This document shows positions 20,611 to 29,915 of a DNA stretch of 64,000 nt, piece after piece (the first letter of the stretch is position 1; each line of letters starts with the position of its first letter). The stretch covers positions 2,944,001-3,008,000 of the forward strand of contig CBDBGH010000003.1 in assembly GCA_965205265.1 (NCBI GenBank). The letters run 5' to 3'. This stretch comes from Alphaproteobacteria bacterium (GTDB taxonomy: Bacteria > Pseudomonadota > Alphaproteobacteria > Bin95). Position numbers and translations under genes: made by a program. Below the pieces are notes generated by a model. It saw nothing but the letters and a program-made list of their open reading frames with translations. It searched no databases and was not told the DNA's origin.

Positions 20611-23600
20611 TCAGGCCTGGAGGCAATGCGCGATCCAGGCCGCCGTCAGCTTTTCCTGGACGCTGTTCTGCGAAAGCCGGCCTTTCAGCGTCGGGAAATC
20701 CACGAGGTCGAGCGGCTGGTCCTGGTTGAAGCAGGAATAGACCACGCGCTCCTCGCCCGAGTCCGGGTCCCGGTGAAGCTGGAGGCACTGGGCGCAGATC
20801 TCCTTCATCATGCATTGCATCGGCGAGTTGATCGACCCGACGGCCTTGTGCCCCGGCTTGAGCAGGTCCCGCAGCACACCGCGCCGCGCGGCATCGACCG
20901 CCGCCATCATGCCGTCCGAGCCGATGGCGAGAATGCGGTCCACCTCGGAGAGCGGGATCGGCGGCGCGCCCATCCGCCCTTCCCCGTAGGCCGCCATCGC
21001 CTCCACGATATTGCCGGTATGGGCGAAGTCCTGCGCGCGGCCCGGCCGGAAGCCCGGCGCCTCGTCGCAGCACCAGACCACGACATCGGCTGCCGCCTCG
21101 ATCTCGGCGGTCTTGTAGCGGTCGCCCGCCTCCTTGTAGCCCGCGAAATAGAGCACGCGGCTGCCCGCCTCGCGGAGCGCCCGCCCGATGGAGAACAGCA
21201 CCGCATTGCCGAGTCCGCCGCCGGCAAGCAGCACCGTCTCGTCTTCGGGAATTTCGGTCGGCGAGCCGGTCGGTCCCATCAGCACCACGGGTTCGCCCGG
21301 CCGGAGCGAGGCCGCGAGGTCCGACGAACCGCCCATTTCGAGGATGATCGTCGAGAGCAGGCCGCGCGCACGGTCCACCCAGGCTCCGGTCATCGCGAGG
21401 CCCTCCATGGCCAGCACCGTGCTGCGGCGGCGGAGCGCGTGGCTCTCGAAATTCTGGAGGCGGTAGAACTGGCCCGGACGGAAGGCCCGCGCCGCCGCCG
21501 GCGCCTCGACCACGACTTCGACAATTTTGGGCGTCAGCCGCACCACCTCGTGGACGCGCGCGCGGAACTCCCGGTTGGCGCGTTCGGCGAGGTCGGCCTC
21601 CGTTGCCGGCGGCCGCTCCGCCAGCAGCCGGCTCACCAGCGGATAGGCCTGCTTCACGCCGCCCATGGCCTTCACGACATTGCCGGCGAAGGAGGGATGC
21701 AGATCGCCGAAGAAGCTGACCGCGCGCCCGTCCCCGCGGCGCTGCATCGTCACCTCGGGCCGGGCGGGCTTCGCCGTCGGCTCGGGAACGACAGGGCTGC
21801 CCCCGCCGTCCACCGCCTGGAAATACCTGCCGTCGAGCGCAATGCCGGCGCTCTCGCGCGCCAGCACGGTATTGGGCTGGGTGCCCGCCGCCACCAGCAC
21901 CGAGCGGGCCGGCAGCGAGACCGTCTCGCCGTCGCCGAGCGCGCGGCGCCGGCCGCGCTCGTCGATCTCCACCCGTTCGAGGCGCAGCGCGCTCGCCCGG
22001 CCGCGCCCGTCCACTTCCACGGCGAGCGGCGACAGGCACTCGGCGAAACGGATGCCCTCCTCCAGCGCCTTCGCCACCTCCTCATGGTTCAGCGTGTAGC
22101 TCGGCGCGTCGATCAGCCGGCGCCGGTAGGCGATGGTGACGCCGCCCCAGGCGCGCAGCAGCTCGCAGATGCGCGGCGCCTCGCCGGCCGCGGCCGCCCG
22201 CGCCCGCTCCGCCCGGATGGCACGGGCATGGGCGAGGAACTCTTCCGCCACCTCCGCCTCTTCCTCCGTCCAGGCGACCGCGCCGTCCAGCGCCTCGCAG
22301 CGCGCCAGGAACTTCTCGACCTGCACCGGGTAATAGGCGAGCGACTCGGTCGCGGTGTCGATGGCGGTCAAGCCCCCGCCCACCACGACGACCGGCAGGC
22401 GTATCTGGAGATTGGCGATGCTGTCGGTGCGCGCCGCGCCGGTAAGCTGGAGCGCCATCAGGAAGTCGGACGCCATGCGCACGCCGGGCGCCAGCGCATT
22501 CGGCATCGGCACATGGGTCGGCCGCCCGGCCCCGGCCGCCATCGCCACATGGTCGAAGCCCCATTCGAACGCCTCGTCGAGCCCGATCGTGCCGCCGAAG
22601 CGCACGCCGCCGACCATGGTGAAGGCCGCCCGCCGTTCCAGCAGCAGGCGCACGATCTTGAGGAAGTTCTTGTCCCAGCGCACGGTGATGCCGTATTCGG
22701 CGACGCCGCCGAAGCCGGCCATGACGCGCTCGGCAAGGTCCTCGCGGAGCTCCGCCATGTCCCGCACGGGCCGGAAGGGGTGCCGTGCGCCCGCCTCGTC
22801 CACGCCCGAGAGCGCGGAGGCAAGCGGCTCGATCTTGAGCCCGTCCACCGCCACCACCCTGTGCCCGTCATTCATCAGGTGGTGCGCGAGGCTGAAGCCG
22901 GCGGGGCCGAGCCCCACCACCAGCACCTGCCGGCCGCTGTCCGGCAGCGGCAGCGGGCGGGCGAAGTTGAGCGGGTTCCAGCGCGTCAGCAGGCTGTAGA
23001 TCTCGAAGCCCCAGGGCAGGTCGAGCACGTCCTTCAGCACGCGCGTCTCGACCTGCGGAATATCGACCGGGTCCTGCTTCTGGTAGATGCAGGACTTCAT
23101 GCAGTCGTTGCAGATGCGGTGGCCTGTGGCGGCGCAGAGCGGGTTGTCGATGCACACGGTCGCGAGCGCGCCCAGCGCCCAGCCCTCGGTCTTGAGGAGC
23201 TGCATTTCGGAAATCTTCTCTTCCAGCGGGCAGCCCGCGAGTTCGACGTCGAACACCGTCCTGGCGAATGCGCCCGTCTGGCGGTCGCGCAGCCCGCGCG
23301 CGCAGCTGTCCTTGCCCTGGTTGTGGCAGAAGATGCAGTAATGCGCCTGGTCGAGCGCCGCCTTGAGGTCCATGCCGCCGTCGGTGAGCGCGAAGCCCTC
23401 GCGCCGGCGCAGCCGGGCCTCCGGAAGTTCGTGGGCCTCCGCGCCGTTCTCCATGCGCTGCCCGGTGTCGATCAGACGCATGGGGTCTATGCGCCCCGGC
23501 TGCCTGAACAGCACGCCCTTGCCGTGGCGCGCCCGGCCCTCCGGGTGGTGGAGCGCCCAGGCCGCATAGCGCGCCGCCGCCTCCAGCGCCTCGCCCGCAT

Positions 23601-24054
23601 TCGCCTCGTCCCCGAGCCAGCCCAGCACCGCTTCGGAGAAGGCCTCCTCCTCGACCGGAACCGGCATATGCGCCCCGAGCGCCGCCTCGACCGCCGCCCC
23701 GTCGAGCGCCGCCGCCTCCGCCGGCTTTACCGCCCGCGCGGCGCGGCGCTGCACGAACAGCCGCTTGCAGCGATAGACGGGGGCCAGCGCGGTGTGGCGC
23801 CCGGAGAGCGCGTCTGCCTCCGCCTCGATGCCGAACAGCCGGGCGAGGCAGGCTTCCAGCTTCGGCGCCAACGCCAGCACCAGCGCCGATTCCGCCTTCG
23901 GCTCCAGTGCGCCGGGCGCCGTGCGGGCGGCCTCCAGCTCTGCGCGCAGGGGCTCGTCGAGGCTCTCCAGGAACAGCGCGTCCAGCCGGACCAGCCCGTC
24001 GCGGCTGTACAGGTCCTCGAAGAGAAAACCGTCGGCAAGGGTAAGTTCGGTCAT
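20611..24054 (-). CDS. Large Fe-S flavoprotein oxidoreductase: GltD-like domain fused to an FNR/PyrK-like domain
   Basis: YCIFCH...GCP, RICNDCMKSC, VVGLGPAG, VVGGGLTAID, GGGLGNA and C-terminal PMQCMMKEICAQC. Confidence 0.85.
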   Translation of the reverse strand: MTELTLADGFLFEDLYSRDGLVRLDALFLESLDEPLRAELEAARTAPGALEPKAESALVLALAPKLEACLARLFGIEAEADALSGRHTALAPVYRCKRLFVQRRAARAVKPAEAAALDGAAVEAALGAHMPVPVEEEAFSEAVLGWLGDEANAGEALEAAARYAAWALHHPEGRARHGKGVLFRQPGRIDPMRLIDTGQRMENGAEAHELPEARLRRREGFALTDGGMDLKAALDQAHYCIFCHNQGKDSCARGLRDRQTGAFARTVFDVELAGCPLEEKISEMQLLKTEGWALGALATVCIDNPLCAATGHRICNDCMKSCIYQKQDPVDIPQVETRVLKDVLDLPWGFEIYSLLTRWNPLNFARPLPLPDSGRQVLVVGLGPAGFSLAHHLMNDGHRVVAVDGLKIEPLASALSGVDEAGARHPFRPVRDMAELREDLAERVMAGFGGVAEYGITVRWDKNFLKIVRLLLERRAAFTMVGGVRFGGTIGLDEAFEWGFDHVAMAAGAGRPTHVPMPNALAPGVRMASDFLMALQLTGAARTDSIANLQIRLPVVVVGGGLTAIDTATESLAYYPVQVEKFLARCEALDGAVAWTEEEAEVAEEFLAHARAIRAERARAAAAGEAPRICELLRAWGGVTIAYRRRLIDAPSYTLNHEEVAKALEEGIRFAECLSPLAVEVDGRGRASALRLERVEIDERGRRRALGDGETVSLPARSVLVAAGTQPNTVLARESAGIALDGRYFQAVDGGGSPVVPEPTAKPARPEVTMQRRGDGRAVSFFGDLHPSFAGNVVKAMGGVKQAYPLVSRLLAERPPATEADLAERANREFRARVHEVVRLTPKIVEVVVEAPAAARAFRPGQFYRLQNFESHALRRRSTVLAMEGLAMTGAWVDRARGLLSTIILEMGGSSDLAASLRPGEPVVLMGPTGSPTEIPEDETVLLAGGGLGNAVLFSIGRALREAGSRVLYFAGYKEAGDRYKTAEIEAAADVVVWCCDEAPGFRPGRAQDFAHTGNIVEAMAAYGEGRMGAPPIPLSEVDRILAIGSDGMMAAVDAARRGVLRDLLKPGHKAVGSINSPMQCMMKEICAQCLQLHRDPDSGEERVVYSCFNQDQPLDLVDFPTLKGRLSQNSVQEKLTAAWIAHCLQA

Positions 24055-24132
24055 GGAATGTAAGGTTCACCTGGCGCGGCGGAGCCTGCCCGGTATTGCC
24101 GGGCCGAGCGAGGCTCTCTAACTAGGCGTTCC

Positions 24133-25179
24133 ATGTCCGAGCGACAAGCGACCCCGTGCCGCGCCGTGACCGTCTGGCTCCTCTTGATGGCGTGCGCCGT
24201 GGCCGCGACGGTCTCGATCGGCGGCATCACGCGGCTCACCGGGTCGGGCCTGTCGATGGTGGAATGGCGCCCGCTGGTCGGCTGGCTGCCGCCCCTCTCC
24301 GAGGCCGAGTGGCAACGGGTCTTCGCCCTCTATCGGGAGACGCCGGAGTTCCGGCAGATCAATTTCGCCATCGACCTCGACGGCTTCCGCGCGATTTTCT
24401 GGTGGGAGTATGTCCACCGCCTCTGGGGACGGCTGCTGGGGGTGTTCTTCATCCTCCCGCTCGCCTGGTTCTGGCTCCGGGGCCGGATCGACCGGCCGCT
24501 CCGCCTCCGCCTGGCCCTGCTGCTGGCGCTCGGCGCGCTGCAGGGGCTGATCGGCTGGTGGATGGTGCAGAGCGGCCTCGCCGACCGGCCCGATGTGAGC
24601 GCGGCGCGGCTCGCGGTCCATCTCGGCATGGCGCTCCTCATCTTCGCGCTCCTCGTCTGGACGGCCCTCGACCGCATCCGCCCGCGGGCCGGCCCGCGCC
24701 CGCTGTCCGCCTGGCTGCTGCTCGGCCTCATCGCCGCCGCCATCGCAAGCGGCGCGCTGGTCGCCGGCAATAGCGGCGGCCTGATCTACAACAGTTTCCC
24801 GCTTATGGGCGGCGAGCTCGTTCCGCCGGACTACCGCAGCGAGCGGAGCTGGGTCGCCGATGCGCTGGAAAACCCGGTCGCGGCCCAGCTCCATCACCGG
24901 CTGCTGGCGATGGCGGCGCTTCTGGCGGTTTTCGCGGCCTGGCTCCGGGCCGGCGGCCGGCGGGCCGCGATGGACGAACACTTCCTGCTTGCGGCGGTCC
25001 TGTTACAGGCCGGCCTCGGCCTGGCGGCGCTGCTCGCCGTCGTGCCGCTCGGCCTCGCCGCGCTGCACCAATTCGGCGCCGTGCTGCTATTGGCCGCCGC
25101 CCTGTTGCGCACCCATGGCGCGATTGTTCCCGCAAGTATAGAATTCGGAAATACAGACAATCGTTCAACAATACAGTAA
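24133..25179 (+). CDS. ctaA: Heme A synthase (COX15/CtaA)
   Basis: GGITRLTGSGLSMVEW, WWEYVHRLWGR, GWWMVQSGL and HQFGA. Confidence 0.92.
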   Translation: MSERQATPCRAVTVWLLLMACAVAATVSIGGITRLTGSGLSMVEWRPLVGWLPPLSEAEWQRVFALYRETPEFRQINFAIDLDGFRAIFWWEYVHRLWGRLLGVFFILPLAWFWLRGRIDRPLRLRLALLLALGALQGLIGWWMVQSGLADRPDVSAARLAVHLGMALLIFALLVWTALDRIRPRAGPRPLSAWLLLGLIAAAIASGALVAGNSGGLIYNSFPLMGGELVPPDYRSERSWVADALENPVAAQLHHRLLAMAALLAVFAAWLRAGGRRAAMDEHFLLAAVLLQAGLGLAALLAVVPLGLAALHQFGAVLLLAAALLRTHGAIVPASIEFGNTDNRSTIQ

Positions 25180-25313
25180 AGAAGTGTCGATGTTCGTAAA
25201 CAGAGCGTAAATAGGACAATATAAATGCAAGTATAGTCATCATTGAAAATTCATCGCGTCCATGCAAGTTTATGCGCTCTCAACACTTATCTGGATTTGA
25301 GGAGTTCTTTCGC

Positions 25314-26333
25314 ATGGCGGAACGACTGGCCGAAACAGCCGAAGACATCTCGCGGCTGGCTTTCGGTTTCATGGCTTCCAAGGCGTTGTTCGCCGGCTTG
25401 CATGTCGATGTCTTCAGCCAGCTCGCGGACGGCCCGAAAACCTCGGGCGCGATCGCGGCGGCGACGGGCGTTCCCGTCAACCGGATCACGACCCTGATGA
25501 CGGCGTTGACGGCGGTCGGCCTCGTGGACCGGGAGGAGGAGAGCTATTTCAACGCGCCCGCCGCCTCGTCTTTCCTGGTGCGCGGCGCGCGCCACGATTT
25601 CGGCGACTATCTGCGCTACCAGATCGACCGGCAGATGTATCCGTTCCTGACCCAGTTGAACGAGGTGATGGACGGCTCGCTAAACCCCGAGGCCGTGGAC
25701 AGCTACCAGCACTGGATGTCGGACCCGGAGCAGGCCACACTCTACAGCGAGGCGCAGCATGCGGGCTCGCTCGGGCCCGGCCGCACGCTCGCGCGGCTGG
25801 TCGATCTCTCGGACTGCCACAACCTGCTCGATGTCGGCGGCGGCACCGGCGCCATGACCATCCGGCTTCTGGAGACCTTTCCCGACCTGGTCTCGACGAT
25901 CATCGACTTCCCCAATGTCGCCGAGATCGGCTGGCGGTTCATCACCGAGGCCGGGATGGTGGACCGCGTGCGCTATATCCCCGCCGATGCGCTGGCCGCC
26001 GACTGGCCGACCGAGCAGGACGCGATCCTGATGTCCTACCTGTTCAGCGGCGTTCCGGGCACCGAACTGCCGCGGCTGGTGCAGCAGGCCTATGACTGCC
26101 TGGCGCCGGGCGGGCACTTCATCGTCCACGACTTCATGGTGGAGGACGACCGCACCGGCCCACCGATGGCGGCGCTCTGGCAATTGCAGCACATGGCCTT
26201 CACGCCGGAGGCGCGCTCGGTCACGCCCGGCTGGCTGAAGGGCCGGATGCTGGAAGTCGGCTTCGCCGTGCCCCGCGACGAGGAAATGGTGCCGGGCATG
26301 ACCCGGCTGATCCACGCTCGCCGGCTGGCGTAG
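25314..26333 (+). CDS. dsyB: DsyB-like MTHB S-methyltransferase (DMSP biosynthesis)
   Basis: AFGFMASKALFA, DFGDYLRYQIDRQMY, QHAGSLGP, LDVGGGTGA, ILMSYLFSGVPG and AALWQLQHMAFTP match recalled DsyB blocks. Confidence 0.85.
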   Translation: MAERLAETAEDISRLAFGFMASKALFAGLHVDVFSQLADGPKTSGAIAAATGVPVNRITTLMTALTAVGLVDREEESYFNAPAASSFLVRGARHDFGDYLRYQIDRQMYPFLTQLNEVMDGSLNPEAVDSYQHWMSDPEQATLYSEAQHAGSLGPGRTLARLVDLSDCHNLLDVGGGTGAMTIRLLETFPDLVSTIIDFPNVAEIGWRFITEAGMVDRVRYIPADALAADWPTEQDAILMSYLFSGVPGTELPRLVQQAYDCLAPGGHFIVHDFMVEDDRTGPPMAALWQLQHMAFTPEARSVTPGWLKGRMLEVGFAVPRDEEMVPGMTRLIHARRLA

Positions 26334-26361
26334 GGGCGGTAAGGCGTCTGCTCCGCACTGC

Positions 26362-26907
26362 TCAGTCGAGCGGGAAGGCGTCGAGCCAGGGCCGGTAGTC
26401 CGGCTCGACATCCACCTCCAGCGTCTCCAGGAGGCGCACCACGCCGCAATAGAACGCCACCACGAGCACGAGATCGACGGTGCGCGCCGTGCCGAGCTCC
26501 CGCTCCAGGAAGGCGAAGGTCTCCCCCGACATGGCGGGGCCTTCGGTCATCTCGCGCGCGCCTTTCAGCACCGCCGTCTCGACCGGTCCGAGGCCGCCCG
26601 GCTCGCCCCGCGTCTCCGCCCGGACGGCGCGGATATCGTCGTCGCTCAGGCCGAAATCCTTCCCGATCTTGATGTGGTGGCTGTACTCGTACTCGGACCT
26701 CGCCAGGCAACCGACCTGCAGGATGGCGAGTTCGCGCAGGCGCGGATCGAGCTTGCACTGCCAGCGGATCCAGCTTCCCAGGCTCCCGAACGCCCTCGCG
26801 CCTTCCGGGCTGTGGGCGAGCGCCTTGTTGAGGTTGATCGGCCGCGCGAGCACATCGCGGTCTTCCGGCGCGAGGTCGGCTTCTTCCAGCAGGGGAATGC
26901 GGGCCAT
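26362..26907 (-). CDS. Carboxymuconolactone decarboxylase-family protein
   Basis: LAHSP and LDPRLRELAILQVG..SEYEYSHH motifs. Confidence 0.85.
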   Translation of the reverse strand: MARIPLLEEADLAPEDRDVLARPINLNKALAHSPEGARAFGSLGSWIRWQCKLDPRLRELAILQVGCLARSEYEYSHHIKIGKDFGLSDDDIRAVRAETRGEPGGLGPVETAVLKGAREMTEGPAMSGETFAFLERELGTARTVDLVLVVAFYCGVVRLLETLEVDVEPDYRPWLDAFPLD

Positions 26908-27704
26908 CAGACGGTATCCCTTTCCGGACCGCGCACGGAAGCGCCGCCATCCACCACGAGCGTGTGCCCGGTGATCCACCGGGAGCGGTCCGAGAGCAGG
27001 AAGCGCACCGCCTCGCCGATGTCCCAGCCGGTGCCCTCGGTCTTGAGCAGCGAGGCGTCGGCGCGCGCCCGGCGGGCGGTCCTGCTCATGCCCGGCCCGC
27101 GTCGATAGACCATCGGCGTATAGACCGGCCCCGGCGCCACGCAATTGACCCGCACCCCCTCGCCGCCGTGGTCCACCGCCATCGCGCGCGTCAGCGCAAT
27201 CACGGCGCCCTTCGAGGCCGAGTAGGCGGTAAGGCCGCGCGGCCGCAGCGCCGAGATCGAGGACACATTGACCACCGCTCCCCCGCCCGCCGTGCGGACC
27301 ATCGCCGGAATGGCGTGTTTGGCGGCGAGGAACATGCCCTTCACATTCACCTCCATCACCCGCTCCCAGGCTTCCTCGGTCTCCTCGACCACGGAGCCGC
27401 GCGAGGAGATGCCGACATTGTTGTCGAGCCCGTCGAGCCGCCCGAACCGTTCCAGCGTCGCGGCCACCATGGCGGCGCAGTCCTCGTCGCGGGTGATGTC
27501 TGCGGCGCAGGCCGCCGCCTCGCCGCCGCGTTCGGTAATCATCTCGACCGTGCGCTGGGCCAGGGCGAGGTCCCGGTCCGCGCACATGATGCGCGCGCCC
27601 GCCTCCGCCATCAGGATCGCCGCCGCGCGGCCGTTGCCGATGCCGTCGGGATCGACGGCCCCCGCCCCCGCCACGAGAACGACCTTTCCCTCCATCTCCG
27701 CCAT
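26907..27704 (-). CDS. Short-chain dehydrogenase/reductase
   Basis: GIGNG, NNVG, YSASK and VRVNCVAPG. Confidence 0.93.
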   Translation of the reverse strand: MAEMEGKVVLVAGAGAVDPDGIGNGRAAAILMAEAGARIMCADRDLALAQRTVEMITERGGEAAACAADITRDEDCAAMVAATLERFGRLDGLDNNVGISSRGSVVEETEEAWERVMEVNVKGMFLAAKHAIPAMVRTAGGGAVVNVSSISALRPRGLTAYSASKGAVIALTRAMAVDHGGEGVRVNCVAPGPVYTPMVYRRGPGMSRTARRARADASLLKTEGTGWDIGEAVRFLLSDRSRWITGHTLVVDGGASVRGPERDTV

Positions 27705-27743
27705 GAGAGCCCCTCTCCCGATTCGCCCCGTTGTTCGCCGCCT

Positions 27744-28904
27744 TTACTTGTAGGGATCGGCGGCGTCGCGCAAGCCGTCGCCGAGGAAGTTGAAGGCGAG
27801 CACCGTCACCACGACCGGCACGACCGGCAGCATAAGCCACGGATACAGCACCACGACATTCATGTTCTGCGCCTCCGTCAGCAGCACCCCCCAGCTCGTG
27901 ACCGGCGGCCGGAGGCCGAGCCCGAGATAGCTGAGCGCCGTTTCGCCGAGGATCATGGACGGGATCGAGAGAGTTGCGGACGCGATGATGTGGCTCGCGA
28001 AGCCGGGCAGGAGGTGGCGCGCGATGATGCGGCCGGGCCTGGCGCCCATAAGCTGCGCGGCGGTGCAGAAATCCTCCTCGCGGAGCGCCAGCAGCTTGGA
28101 GCGCACGGCGCGCGCAAGCCCGGTCCAGTCGAGCAGGCCCAGAATCACGGTGATGCCGAAAAAGACCAGCACCGGCGACCAGGTGACCGGGAGCGCGGCC
28201 GAGAGCGCCATCCAGAGCGGCAGCTCCGGGAAGGAGCGCACGATCTCGATGATCCGCTGCGAGAGGCTGTCCACCCAGCCGCCGTAATAGCCGGCGAGCC
28301 CGCCTATGACGATGCCGAGCGCAAAGGAAATGAAGATGCCGAACAGGCCCACGGTGAGCGAGATGCGCGCGCCGTAGACGATGCGCGAGAGCACGTCCCG
28401 CCCGAGCCGGTCGGTGCCGAGCAGGAACAGCGTCGCGCCGTCCCGGTCCGCGGCGCAGACGAGATGCAGGTCCGCCTCGAACAGGCCCCAGAAGCGGTAG
28501 TCGTCGCCGCGGCAGAAGAAGCGCAGCGGATAGACCTTTTCCGGGTCCTCGACATAGACGCGCTTCAGCTGCGCGAGGTCGAGCGAGCGGGAATAGCCAT
28601 AGACGAACGGCCCGATGAACTCGCCCTCATGGAAGAGGTGGACCGCCTGGGGCGGCGCATGGATATGGCGGATGTCGCGGCTGTGCAGGTTGTAGGGCGC
28701 AAGAAATTCGGAGATGAGGACCGAGGCGTAGAGCAGGAGCAGCACGATGCCGGAGGCGACGGCGAGCTTGTGGCGTTTCAGCTTCCACCACATCAACTGC
28801 CATTGCGTCGCGAGGTAATAGCGCTCCTGTTCGGGCGTCAGCGCCTCGACCGCGTGCGGGTCCCAGGGCGCGGTATCGACGAAATGTTCGGGCCGGTCGT
28901 TCAT
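27744..28904 (-). CDS. Peptide/nickel-type ABC transporter permease (DppC-like)
   Basis: LGTDRLGRD, GARISL and ETALSYLGLG. Confidence 0.92.
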   Translation of the reverse strand: MNDRPEHFVDTAPWDPHAVEALTPEQERYYLATQWQLMWWKLKRHKLAVASGIVLLLLYASVLISEFLAPYNLHSRDIRHIHAPPQAVHLFHEGEFIGPFVYGYSRSLDLAQLKRVYVEDPEKVYPLRFFCRGDDYRFWGLFEADLHLVCAADRDGATLFLLGTDRLGRDVLSRIVYGARISLTVGLFGIFISFALGIVIGGLAGYYGGWVDSLSQRIIEIVRSFPELPLWMALSAALPVTWSPVLVFFGITVILGLLDWTGLARAVRSKLLALREEDFCTAAQLMGARPGRIIARHLLPGFASHIIASATLSIPSMILGETALSYLGLGLRPPVTSWGVLLTEAQNMNVVVLYPWLMLPVVPVVVTVLAFNFLGDGLRDAADPYK

Positions 28905-29899
28905 CGCTGGGCGCGGCCCCCGAGCCGGATGCGCGGGTCGAGCAGGGCAAGCGCCAGGTCGGAGAGCAGCATGCCAACGATGGTGAGCACGGAGAGGAAC
29001 ATCAGGAACGAGCCGGCGAGATACATGTCCTGGCTGCGCAGCGCGTCGATCAGCATCGGCCCCGTGGTCGGCAGGCTCATCACCATCGCCACGACCGCAG
29101 ACCCGGAGACGATCTGCGGCAGCATGTTGCCGATGTCGGCCACGAAGGGGTTGAGCGACATCCGCACCGGGTATTTCAGCAGGAGGCGCAGATTGGGCAG
29201 CCCTTTGGCGCGGCCGGTCACCACATACTGCTTCTGCAGCTCGTCCAGCAGGTTGGCGCGGAGGCGGCGGATCATGCCGGCCGTGCCGGCCGTGCCGATC
29301 ACCACCACCGGCACGATCAGGTGCTCCGCTATCGAGACCGTCTTCGCCCAGGACATGGGTTGCTCGGCATATTGCGGGTCCATCATCCCGCCGATGGAGA
29401 TGCCGAACTCGATCCGCAGGAAATACATGAGCACGAGCGCGAGGAGGAAATTCGGCGTGGCGAGGCCGATAAAGCCGAGAAATGTGAGGCCGTGGTCGCC
29501 CCAGGAATACTGGTGCGTCGCGGAGTAGAAGCCGATCGGGAAGGCGACGACCCAGATGAAGATGACGGTCGAGAAGTTGAGCAGCAGCGAGAGCCAGAGC
29601 CGGTCCCCCACCACGTCGGAGACCGGCAGGTCGTATTCGAAGGAATAGCCGAAATCGCCCTGGAACATGCCGAGGACCCAGAAGACATATTGCTTCCAGA
29701 GCGGCTGATCGAGGCCGTATTGCTTGCGCAGGAACTCGATCTTGCCGCTGTCCGCCGCCTCGCCCTGGGACTGCAGCTCGGCGATGTAGGTGGTGAGGTA
29801 GTCGCCCGGCGGAAGCTGGATGATGACGAAGATGATGGCGCTCACGACCGCGAGCGTCGGGACCGCGATGAACAGGCGCCGGAAGATGTAGGTGAGCAT
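28901..29899 (-). CDS. Peptide/nickel-type ABC transporter permease (DppB-like)
   Basis: YGLDQP, GDFGYSF and YVVTGRAKGL. Confidence 0.92.
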   Translation of the reverse strand: MLTYIFRRLFIAVPTLAVVSAIIFVIIQLPPGDYLTTYIAELQSQGEAADSGKIEFLRKQYGLDQPLWKQYVFWVLGMFQGDFGYSFEYDLPVSDVVGDRLWLSLLLNFSTVIFIWVVAFPIGFYSATHQYSWGDHGLTFLGFIGLATPNFLLALVLMYFLRIEFGISIGGMMDPQYAEQPMSWAKTVSIAEHLIVPVVVIGTAGTAGMIRRLRANLLDELQKQYVVTGRAKGLPNLRLLLKYPVRMSLNPFVADIGNMLPQIVSGSAVVAMVMSLPTTGPMLIDALRSQDMYLAGSFLMFLSVLTIVGMLLSDLALALLDPRIRLGGRAQR

Positions 29900-29915
29900 C
29901 CTTCCCGTCCCGCCG

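Noticed and set aside
20569-24063. 1164-aa plus-strand ORF
   Set aside because: Antisense shadow of the oxidoreductase; no recognisable motifs
26964-29528. 854-aa plus-strand ORF, and similarly 40590..42890 and 33207..35558
   Set aside because: Antisense to well-supported genes; low-complexity Arg/Ala/Gly composition
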